Shown in pieces: positions 34,127-44,900 of a DNA stretch of 64,000 nucleotides. Source of the DNA: an uncultured virus (IMG/VR IMGVR_UViG_3300034095_001075) (lineage: Duplodnaviria; Heunggongvirae; Uroviricota; Caudoviricetes). A model generated the notes under the pieces. It saw nothing but the letters and a program-made list of their open reading frames with translations, was not told the DNA's origin and did not search any database. The stretch's first letter is position 1; each line of letters opens with the position of its first letter. The DNA lies in IMG/VR virus record IMGVR_UViG_3300034095_001075. One strand, given 5' to 3'. The position numbers were made by a program, and so were the translations under genes.

Positions 34127-34777
34127 ATGTTAACATTTTTCAAATCTCTTTCTCCTGATGTGTGGTTTGGTATTGGCGTGGCTGTAGTTTCGTTTCTTGT
34201 TGGATGTGTGATTACATTAATAAGAAAATTAAATATTCGTACAAAATGCAAACACCCTCTTTTCTGCAATGGTACTGGGAAGGATTTCACAAAAGTTCAT
34301 ACACAAGTAAACGAATTGCTTACTGAGATGCGGCTAGAACTCGATTCCGCTAGAGTATTCATTTCACAGTTTCATAATGGTGGAGATTTCTTCACAGGTG
34401 AAAGTATATTAAAGTTCTCAATTACACACGAATCCTGTAGTCTTGGGGTTGTGAACACAATAGATCAGCAACAAGGAGTTCTGTTGACCAGATTTATTGA
34501 GAAATTGAAAATACTGCAAGAAGACGAACCAAGATTGATCTTCACAAATACATTAGTGGATAGTCACTTTAAGGGATTTTTGGAAGCAAGAAACACCATT
34601 GCGTTTATTTTAGTTCCGTTGAGATCGGACAGTTCATTGACTCCATATGGTTATTATTGCTGTGAGTGGTGTTCTTGGGCACATGTTGATGCATTAAATG
34701 CAGATGTAGTAGATACCTTTGAGTTTTTTGTTAAAAAGAATACTAGGATCATAAACACCTTACTTACTTCCAAATAA
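34127..34777 (+). CDS. single-TM protein with GAF-like domain, possible T-type holin
   Basis: N-terminal TM helix then L....L...ARVFISQFHNG...FS..HE; 216 aa. Confidence 0.5.
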   Translation: MLTFFKSLSPDVWFGIGVAVVSFLVGCVITLIRKLNIRTKCKHPLFCNGTGKDFTKVHTQVNELLTEMRLELDSARVFISQFHNGGDFFTGESILKFSITHESCSLGVVNTIDQQQGVLLTRFIEKLKILQEDEPRLIFTNTLVDSHFKGFLEARNTIAFILVPLRSDSSLTPYGYYCCEWCSWAHVDALNADVVDTFEFFVKKNTRIINTLLTSK

Positions 34778-35172
34778 TGGCAAAATTAAACATAACAGAT
34801 ATAAGTAATGATTTTACTAAAAATCCTTCAACCGGGGATATTACTATCGTAAAAGATGGCAATGCTATCAAGCAATCCCTGAAAAACCTGCTATTGCTCA
34901 ATAAATTCGATAAACCATTCAATCCTGACATAGATGTTGGTTTAAGAGAAGTTCTATTTGAGAATTTTCCAGATTTCATTCGAAAGAATATAATTCGTGA
35001 AAAAGTTGAATACATAATCAATAAGTACGAACCGCGAGTTAAATTACAAGAAGTAGATGTTGTTAGTTCGGAAGATCAGAATGGTTTAACAATACAGATA
35101 ACTTATGGAGTAGTAAATCAAGAAAATTTACAATCACAATCTCTGCAAGTTAATCTAGAGAGGAATAGATGA
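34777..35172 (+). CDS. gp25: baseplate wedge gp25
   Basis: DIS..F..NP.TGD, AIKQSLKNLL, PFNP, YEPRV, LER. Confidence 0.92.
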   Translation: MAKLNITDISNDFTKNPSTGDITIVKDGNAIKQSLKNLLLLNKFDKPFNPDIDVGLREVLFENFPDFIRKNIIREKVEYIINKYEPRVKLQEVDVVSSEDQNGLTIQITYGVVNQENLQSQSLQVNLERNR

Positions 35173-37058
35173 ATCCCGATTTTTCTAAGCTAGATTACAA
35201 CGACATCAAACAAAATCTTATTTCGTTCTTAAAGAATCAAGATAAGTTTAGTGGTTACAATTTTGAGGGATCTACCTTAAATATTCTGTTGGACATACTT
35301 GCATACAACACACATTATCAAGCATTATACAATAACATAACTTTCAATGAAGCTTTTCTGGATACTGCACAGAAAAGATCCTCTGTTGTGTCTATTGCTA
35401 AAAATTTAGGATATACCCCCTCTTCTTCTAGAAGTGCCACTTGCATAGTGGAAATTGTTAGATCTGCTTCAGATACCGGAGCGATAGTAGGATCTCTCAT
35501 ATTACCAAAATATCAAGCATTTAAAGCCAATAAAGATTCTACTGCATTCTTTTTCTATAATTTAGAAGAAGCAACCTTTAGTGTAAATGAACTGGATGTT
35601 GATGGAATAACTCCTATCAACTACACAACAGGATCTGTTGCTATTCGTGAAGGATTCTTAAGAACGAATTCTTTCGTTATAGATGGATCAAATCCAACTC
35701 AAAAATTCACACTAAGATACAAAAATATAGACACACAAACAATATCGATAGCAGTTCAAAATAGCACATCAAATGCTACAGGAAGTGATGCTGCTTGGAC
35801 AGAATCTCAGAATATAACACTAATCAATGGCGAGTCTAATGTATTCTTCTTAGAAGAAGGACCGGATGAGTATTATAGAATATATTTTGGTGATGGTATT
35901 TTAGGTAAAAGATTGAACGAAGGTAATCTAGTTACTATTACCTTCTTAGAAAGCAGCGGAATAGAAGCAAACGACATAGGATTTACAGATGCAGAATCCA
36001 ACAGAGTATTCAATTCGTTAGATTCTGTAGATACTGTAAAAGTCGTACTGCCTTCTTTTGGTGGTTCGGAGAAAGAAACAACAAATTCCATCAAGTACAA
36101 TGCTCCAAAGAATTTTACTACACAAGAAAGAGCAGTGACTGCAAGCGATTATTCTATAATTTTACAAAAAGATTTTGCATTCATCAAATCTATAAAATGC
36201 TGGGGAGGAGAAGAAAACGATCCACCTGCATACGGTAAAGTATTCATTTGTATTAAACCTGAAAATCGAGCAGCACTTACTAGTAGTGAAAAGAATGCCA
36301 TATTGAAATCTTTGACTAAGAATAGAGGAGTTGTTGGGGTTGTACCAGAACTAGTAGATCCAAATATAATATACCTTATTATAAATTGTGATGCTAAGGT
36401 GGATATTGTTAAAAATAAAGGATCAATTACTCAATTAAATGCAAAAATAATTAAAGCAATTGATGATTATATAATAACTAATTTGGATATCTTTGACGCA
36501 GATCTGATAGCAAATGAACTGGAAGCTTCTATTCTTGATATGGATTCTTCTATATTAAGTGTGACAATTACTCCTCAATTAGAATATCGTCTGATACCAG
36601 AATATGGTGCAGCAAGATCCTATACTGTAAAATTCCAAAATGCCATTCAAAGGAGTAATAGTATAGATGTGCCGAATATTCAAAGCAATTCATTTACATA
36701 CTTAGATTACAAAAATGTAGTTCGTGTCTGTAAGCTATATGACGATGGATTTGGATTGATTTATATTGGCTATGAACAAGATGGTTTGAGTTATTCAATT
36801 GGAAGATTTGATAATTTAGATCTGTCTGTATTCTCACCAGAATCTATTGGCACAATTGATTATGAAACTGGAGAAATGAATTTAGTAAAATTCAATCCAA
36901 TATATTCTGCCGAAAACAATACCATAAAGATATTTGCAAATGTTGTAGACAGCGACATATTTGTAAATCCTAATACCATATTATCAATAGACACAAACGA
37001 TAGAAATGCAACCGTTATTAACTTGATTGAGTCTGCATTCAGAAAACCGATTAGATGA
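35169..37058 (+). CDS. gp6: baseplate wedge gp6
   Basis: LDY..IK.NL..FL, YNFEGS.L..LLD.LAYNTHY, FGDG.LG, Q.RAVT..DY, WGGE...PP.YGKVFI. Confidence 0.95.
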   Translation: MNPDFSKLDYNDIKQNLISFLKNQDKFSGYNFEGSTLNILLDILAYNTHYQALYNNITFNEAFLDTAQKRSSVVSIAKNLGYTPSSSRSATCIVEIVRSASDTGAIVGSLILPKYQAFKANKDSTAFFFYNLEEATFSVNELDVDGITPINYTTGSVAIREGFLRTNSFVIDGSNPTQKFTLRYKNIDTQTISIAVQNSTSNATGSDAAWTESQNITLINGESNVFFLEEGPDEYYRIYFGDGILGKRLNEGNLVTITFLESSGIEANDIGFTDAESNRVFNSLDSVDTVKVVLPSFGGSEKETTNSIKYNAPKNFTTQERAVTASDYSIILQKDFAFIKSIKCWGGEENDPPAYGKVFICIKPENRAALTSSEKNAILKSLTKNRGVVGVVPELVDPNIIYLIINCDAKVDIVKNKGSITQLNAKIIKAIDDYIITNLDIFDADLIANELEASILDMDSSILSVTITPQLEYRLIPEYGAARSYTVKFQNAIQRSNSIDVPNIQSNSFTYLDYKNVVRVCKLYDDGFGLIYIGYEQDGLSYSIGRFDNLDLSVFSPESIGTIDYETGEMNLVKFNPIYSAENNTIKIFANVVDSDIFVNPNTILSIDTNDRNATVINLIESAFRKPIR

Positions 37059-38983
37059 TATCACTCACGATTAAAACACCAACAGCAGGAGATTTGATTT
37101 TTTCAAATCGAGTTGTTATTAATTATGAGGTAAAGGATACTGAGGGAATATTCAATAAAGTTATATTTGATGTTGATGGTCTTCTTTTCGAAAAAACTAC
37201 AAGATCTGGTTTATTTGAAATAACAGTGCCAGAAGGGGATCATGTACTTGTTGCATATGTAAAAAACAAATATGGAAAAGAGATAATTTCTACAAGAAAT
37301 ACTGTAGAATTTTCAGCTAAACCAATAACGATAGAATTAAAGAACAAATTATCTTCGGTGGTTAGTTCTAGTATTCCTGATTTTTTAGAACAAGAATATT
37401 CAGTATTTGTTGATTTCGTAAAATATTATTATATGTGGTTGGAATCATCGAAAGATCCGAATTTAATTCCACATAGCATAGAGCAGTTCTTGGATGTTGA
37501 TACAATTCCACCAGAATTGCTTGATAAATTTTATGCAACATATCTTTCATCTTTTCCTACACAATTCTCTGTAGATAAAGAAACAGGTGCTAGAATAGAT
37601 GTTACCAAAGTAATAAAAAGAATAAGAGAATTTTATTCCAAAAAAGGAACAGAAGACTCATTTAGATTTCTTTTTCGTTTGATGTTTGATACAGAAATCA
37701 CATTAACTTATCCACGAGAAAAGATGCTAATTGCATCGCAAGCCAAATGGAAAGAATCTGTATTTGTAATTGCAAAAGTAAATTCTCATGAACAACTGGA
37801 AACAATACATTCAACTGAAATTTATGCATTAAATGATTCTGGTGATAAAGTATTTTCCGCATATGTTGATGATGTTATTGTTATAACCAAAAAAGGTAGT
37901 ATATACGCAACTCTACTTTTATCTGGAATAAATGGCACTTTACCATCTTCTACTGTGTATTACAAATATATCTTAGCTGGTATAGAAGAAACTACAAAAT
38001 TGACTCTAAGTCCTATGGTAGTTTCTGCAACACCAAAAAATTGTCCTGTTTATGATTTCAAAGTTGGTCAAAAGATACGGTTTGAAAACACCGGATCTCA
38101 TTCATGTTCTTCGTGTAATTCTGTTGAAACTACAGATTTAGATACAACTCCTGTTGATGGTTATAATTTTATTGCATCTGTTCAGGAAATAGATAAATTT
38201 GGTAAAATTCAGAAAATAGAAATTTTAAATCCTGGATTCGAGTATACTTCACCTATAAATGAAGCATACACAATTGTGATAAACGGAGAGATCAATAATT
38301 GTATTATTGAATTTGAAACTGGCTATATCTTCTATGAGCAAGGTAAATACCAAAACAAATATTCTTTATTATCACAAATAGCAGTACTTCAAGATAATTT
38401 TTATTATCAACAAAATTCATATGAAATTGGCGCTGCTATAACTCCATATCGTTATTCTGATATTCTTAAAGAAACTGTACATCCAGTAGGATATAAAGCA
38501 TTTTATAAGTATGACATTATAGATTCTATAATCGAAGCAAAACGAATAAGTTTTACTTCATATGATGTCAGTGCTTTTGATCAGGATGTAGATGATTTCC
38601 AAAATTTGGTGGCAAGAACTGCACCGTTGAATAGACGATTTGCAAGTTTAATTATTGCGGAATATGAACCGTCTGCTCCTATTATAGATATACCAGTAGT
38701 ATCTACAACTTCTACTGATGCTGGAACAGATGTAAGCACAGATCAAATAATATATTCTACTGATGATTTAGAAGAGTATGTAGCAGCAGATGAAGCAGTT
38801 GAAAGACCGCAACAAAGAGAAAGAGAAACTAGGATTCTTGTACCAAATTTCACCGTAGTATTATCAATCGTACCTCCTATTACAAATACAACAGACATGT
38901 ATTCTACAGATCAAATTTCAACAGATAATCCTGGACCAGAACACCCATTTGCTGCATTTCTCTTTATAGAAAACGACTTATAA
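37055..38983 (+). CDS. gp7: baseplate wedge gp7-like protein
   Basis: IPDFL..EY..FV.F.KYYY.WLE, FYSKKGT..SF.FLFR, QDNFYYQ..SY, HPVG. Confidence 0.8.
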   Translation: MISLTIKTPTAGDLIFSNRVVINYEVKDTEGIFNKVIFDVDGLLFEKTTRSGLFEITVPEGDHVLVAYVKNKYGKEIISTRNTVEFSAKPITIELKNKLSSVVSSSIPDFLEQEYSVFVDFVKYYYMWLESSKDPNLIPHSIEQFLDVDTIPPELLDKFYATYLSSFPTQFSVDKETGARIDVTKVIKRIREFYSKKGTEDSFRFLFRLMFDTEITLTYPREKMLIASQAKWKESVFVIAKVNSHEQLETIHSTEIYALNDSGDKVFSAYVDDVIVITKKGSIYATLLLSGINGTLPSSTVYYKYILAGIEETTKLTLSPMVVSATPKNCPVYDFKVGQKIRFENTGSHSCSSCNSVETTDLDTTPVDGYNFIASVQEIDKFGKIQKIEILNPGFEYTSPINEAYTIVINGEINNCIIEFETGYIFYEQGKYQNKYSLLSQIAVLQDNFYYQQNSYEIGAAITPYRYSDILKETVHPVGYKAFYKYDIIDSIIEAKRISFTSYDVSAFDQDVDDFQNLVARTAPLNRRFASLIIAEYEPSAPIIDIPVVSTTSTDAGTDVSTDQIIYSTDDLEEYVAADEAVERPQQRERETRILVPNFTVVLSIVPPITNTTDMYSTDQISTDNPGPEHPFAAFLFIENDL

Positions 38984-38985
38984 TT

Positions 38986-41900
38986 ATGCAAAAAATTAAT
39001 TCTTTTGTAACACAGACAAGCACAACAGACAATCTTGGACCTATTATAAAGGATCCGAGCAATGTTTTCAATCAAGTATTGGGTCAATTACCAACCGAAC
39101 CAGAAACAACAACTACAGACGGACTTCCCGGTACAGATATTGTCTATCCACCGAGCACAGATATAGTAGTTCCTGAGCTTCCTACAAATGCATCCTCTCT
39201 TAATTATGAAGTATGGGCAGCAACATGGAATAGACAAGTTCACGAAGATGCGATTTCTGTTGTACCTTTTGTGTATGTGGATAATATGGGAGAATGGACA
39301 CCTACTCCAGGCGATGATTATTTTGTAAATACTACTCAATATAATAATTTCAAAACAGCACTAGAAGCAATACCAGAAGGAAGACGAGTTGTGCAGCCAA
39401 CATTCTGGAGTGCTGCTCCTGCAAATTGGACATGGTCTTCGTTAGATATGATTGATTATTATATTGATCGTGATGGCACAGAAATAGGTGGTAGAAAATT
39501 AATCTGGACACCTTGGCAAGAAAATGTAACTGCAGATGCCAAAACAAGTATAATACAATTTTTAACTAGATGCAGTAATGATGGATTAGTAATTGATCAT
39601 ATTTCAGACAACACATTTTACGGAGATGGGGGTCAGCCAGGAATATGGAATCTTTCGATGCCCCCTCGATACACAACTCATAACATATATGTGTCAGATT
39701 CTATTGGAAATGATGCATGGACTGGAGAAACTTCTGTAGTTTCCGGAACAATAGGCCCTGTGAAAACTATTGCTAAAGCAGCTCTTTTAGCAAAAACTTA
39801 TACAGCAGCTGGCGGTGATTCGAATATAGAGATTCGAATTGCTGGTGGTACTTACAGAATGCTTGGAACTGATGCAAATCCTATTCTATACATGAATAGT
39901 ACATATAGCGCAAAGGACGGTAGAACTTTAACATTCAAACCAAAATCTGCATCTGATGAAGTTATAATAACTGGATCGGAAGCAATTCCCCACACAGCAT
40001 TTACATTGGTAAATTCTAGTGATCCTAAGTGGAGTCGTATATCTGCTGCTGCAAAAGGAAATGTATATGTTGCTGATATTGATTCTTTTGATATTGGACC
40101 AGGATATCCTTCTATGTGGAAAGGTGATGGAGTTGGTTCGCAGGTCGGATATACATCAGATCTACCAGCACTTCCTGATTTGATTTTTAATAATGAAACA
40201 ATGGTTGTTGCTAGATGGCCTAATAAAAATAATACAAATAGTAGTGGATTTTCTTTGGCGGAATGTGCTACTATTAAAACTGTAGTTGATACTGGCACAG
40301 CTGGCGTTTGGAGTGTAGATAGAACTTATCTTACTGGAATTGGTGATACTACCCCAGATCCATGTGGAGAATATACTCCAGCTGGCGCAAGAACAACTGA
40401 TGCAAATAATGATGGTATTGCTGATTGTTTTAGAAATGGTGTGTTTACATATTCCTCGGAGTATGATTCTGTTATTTCTACTTGGACATCTGCGGCTATT
40501 AATGATGGAATTTGGTTGTATGGTTCTTGGAGATGGGACTGGGCACAAGAAAATTATAAAGTAGTATCTCTCGATACTGTCAATAGAAGAATCACAGTCA
40601 ATTCCAGAAAATCTAATTATGGAATACAAAATTATACATTATGTGATGCAACAACTGGAATTCTTAATTGTCCAACTAATCCAACTTGTGGTTCGTATTT
40701 ATCAAACCCAACTCCAAGAAGATGGTATGCACTGAATATATTAGAAGAATTAGATTCTCCCGGTGAATATTTTATCGATAGAGATAATGAGAAATTATAC
40801 TTCTGGCCAAAATCTGCACTGAATAGTAATTCTAGCATAAGATTGACACACAGAGCTGTAGCCGGTGCTGGTGTTAAATCCAACGATACAACTGAGAATG
40901 GATTTGCTCCTAATGGAACCATTAGTAGAATAGACTTCCCATATCCCGGTTGGGAAGATTCTCCGTTTGGATGGTCAGGAACCGGAAGAGCAATGCAATC
41001 CAGACATATATGGAATGTTAAAGGAGGATTGCGATCATTATTCAAATTGTATGGTGCTAAAAATATAAGATTCGAAGGACTAACTTTCAGAGATAGTGCT
41101 GGATCTGGTATAGAAATTCAATTATGTGAAAACATTACAGTATTGAAATGCAAAATCTATAATATAAAGAAACATGCAATAAATGCACCCGGTGGTAAAA
41201 ATGTAACGATTGATAGTTGTGATATACATGATATTGGACTGATGGCAATTATTAATACAGGTGGTAATAAACAAACACTAGAGCCAGCTAATAAACTAGT
41301 AACTAGATGCTCTATTAAAAGATTTGGTAGATTAGTAGATACTTCTGCAGCAATAAGAATAGAGGGAGTTGGCAATACAGTTTCTTACAATTTAATATCA
41401 GATGGTCCTAGTGGTGTTCACGCTTCTCTTGGTAATGATATAATAATAGAATATAATCATTTTCATAAGTTGTGCAAAAATAATGATGATGCTGGTGCGG
41501 TATACGCCGGAAGAAATGCATCTTCGTTTAATATTGTAGTACGAAATAATTTCTTTAATGATATTGGACCTGATCAAGATGGTGGATTTATATATGGTAG
41601 TTTTAATGGTGGATGTGCTGGTGGAAGCCCTCCAAATACAAGATCAGTAACCGATAACGATAAACGCGTACAGGGTGTTATAGGTGTATATTTTGATGAT
41701 TTGTTATCTGGAAATACGATAAGTCAAAATGTATTTTATAAATGTGGTAGAGGTGACTGGGGTGGCGGAATTGGTTTCAATGGTGGTATTAACCACAAAA
41801 TAGAAAATAATATTTTTGTGGAATGTCCAAGTGGATATGGAGATATTATAAATGCTAAAAAAGTGTGGAACGCATCATTATCCGGACAGGCATTTTATGT

Positions 41901-44900
41901 AATTAATACAGAGGCTTATCCTTGGTATGAGTCTGGCGGACCATTAGATCGCGATGGAATAACAACTATACCAGTCACAGGATACAGTCCTTGGACTATG
42001 CCTTTTGGTCCTACTGCATATCCAAGTGAAGACTTCAGAGGAGTGATGGCTGTGTCTGATATTCGCGCAGATGAATACAAAAATCGCGCACCTTGGTTAC
42101 ATGAAATATACAATTTTTCTAATTCTAATCCAGGAACTCCCGGAACAATTACAGTAAATGTAGACAAAGCAGTATTATATAAAACACAAGCAACAAATAA
42201 TGTTTTTGTTAATTGTACTAAAATCTCTCATTCTGGTGTTGTTGGAAGTGATCCTCTAGATCCTTCCGTAATTGGTGGATTTATTGTTAATGGTCAGTTC
42301 GAATCTACAGATATGACACACTTTGTAAATGTGCCAGCATTTGATTTTAGATTAACCGAAGAAGGTCTGAGACAAATAAAACTAGGGATTCCAGGATTTT
42401 CCAATATACCTTTCCAATCAATTCCTACTATAAATTATGTTCCAGAATCTTACACACAACAAACTTGGCAAACATGTGCAGTAGGCAACGGTCATTACAG
42501 CTGCGAAAGAGAGTTTTCAGATCCGGATGCATTAGAAGCAATCGTTACAGATCCTAGATTTAATACAACAATTAATACTGTAAATGGAAAAACATTCTAT
42601 ACAGATTTTATGGACAGATATAATCTGTGCAAAACAGAAATAGACACAAGACAGAGAAGTTTATTTTCTATATATTCGAATGATTGGTATGTTGCTACTG
42701 CCACTACAGCCGCACAAGCATTATCACCAATGTATGGATATCTTGGAGATACTCAAAATCCACAAAATAACATGCAAGTTTTTCCTTGGGGAAATTCAAA
42801 TGCTCAGGCAGCAACTCGTGCTTGGACTGATACTGTTGTAGATTGGGGTGATGCGTTCTATAGACCAACTATGTGGACACAAGCTCTATCTTCTACTGGA
42901 TATAATAATGTTTCCTTGACACAGGATTATAGCTATCCATTAAATAATGAAGAATTTAAATATTTTGACAATGGATATGGTTGGAAAGGATCACCAAAAA
43001 TTGCAAAATCTGATACTAATGTATCTCCTCCATTCTATGGAGAACTTACACCAAATGCATTGGGAACATTTAGCTATATTATAAATCCAACTACAGACGA
43101 TGAGAGATATTTGTTTTCTAGTATAGATCCAAATTCTACACCACCAGCTACAACATTACGATACAGTAGTCCGACTTGGTTGGCTTTCTTATTAGACATG
43201 AGACTAATGAAAGCAATTCACCGTAGTGATGATACTGCATGGCAAAGATTTGCGCCATGGATTGTGAGTACAGATGTAGGTGGAGAAGTTGATCGTTATC
43301 GATATGGTCCGCTAACAGGTGATGTTGGAAAACAGTATTGGAAAGAAATAATATTACATAGCTGTTTGCATGGTGCTAAATTTATTAATTATTTTAATGG
43401 AGTTTCTCCAGAAAATCCACAAAGCACTTTGGATATGCACAATGTTCTTGAAGAATGGAGAACTACCAGTGGCAATTCTCGTGCTCAACCAACTGCTGTA
43501 AACAGAATAGCAGTAAATTCTAGTGTTATTATTTCTGGTGGTAGACTTCTAAGTACAAATCAATATTTGTGGAGAATCACAGCCAAACCATCGGCTTCTG
43601 TGACACTCAGAGCATTCGGATCATCTACATCAAGAACAGATATTCCTCAAACTATAACTCTCGACAGCGCATCTAGAGGTGCGTGGTTAACCACAACTAC
43701 TTCAGTTCCGCCAGTCTATATTCTAGATGAAAATACACAACAAGAAACTACTCAATTTACTTATGTTACCTTGATGAGAACACAATTAGAGGGTGGGTTA
43801 GTAGCAAGAGCACATGCCATATATGGTGGATCTACTCACGATTTCGGTTCTGGTGTTGGGTTTGATGCAAATGGTAAATCTGTTGGTGGTTTACAATACA
43901 TGACTGATGCCGGTATAGAAAGTTCTGGACATCATTCTGGAAATGTTAATTGGTATTATAAAAATAATTATAGATTAAATGAGGATGGTAATCTTATACC
44001 AGTAACAATAGAATATGCACCGGGTTTCGCGCAAGTATTGTGCGACGGAGATCGTTGCTATTCTGGTCAAGGTTGCTACCAAGCACCACCTCTTCATGCT
44101 GCAGAATGGATAGAACAAATGTCCAAATCTGGAGAATGGGGAGCTCCTTTGCGTCCAGAACAACCATTCCCAAATAGCACTTCATATTATGCATCTGCAA
44201 ATCAAAGAAATACATGGTTTCCTTATGTTACTTTAGAGGATGGAGTAACTGTAAGAATTCATCAACCATTTGATAATACCAAGGGAAGAGACACTCCTAT
44301 GGAGTTTATGGTTTCTGGTAACTTGGATACGACTACTAATATGTACAGTAGTTTCTGGCAAAGAAGCAGATCTCAAGGAGGACGCAGCGACCTTGCATAT
44401 GACTATAGAATAAATGTAGATACTTCTGATTATAGTTCAGTTTCTACTGGATGGTCAAATGTAGTATTCTATACACTTGCAGATGGTACATTAAAATGGC
44501 AAACAGCTTCGTCTACTTATGCTGGATATCCAATATTACCACCGAACAATCTCGCAGTTCTAAAATACAAACAAATAGCTGTTGGATATGGTAGTGTTAT
44601 TGGGCTTAAAACAGATGGTACAGTTGTTGGGTGGGGTGGAGTTGATGGAGAAGTTGAAAGAAGTACTGCATTTTTCCAACAACAAGTAACTTTCAAGGGA
44701 AGAACTATCAAAAAAGTTGCGGCGGGTGCAGGACATTACATAGCACTTCTTGACGATGGACAAGCAGTAACTTGGGGTAGTAATGAATCTGCTCAATGCA
44801 GCGATCCAGATACTGTATGGACACCAATTGGTCTTATTCCTATTCCAACTGCAACAAATAAAGAATACATTACAAATCACATACCATATCAAGATTTCTT

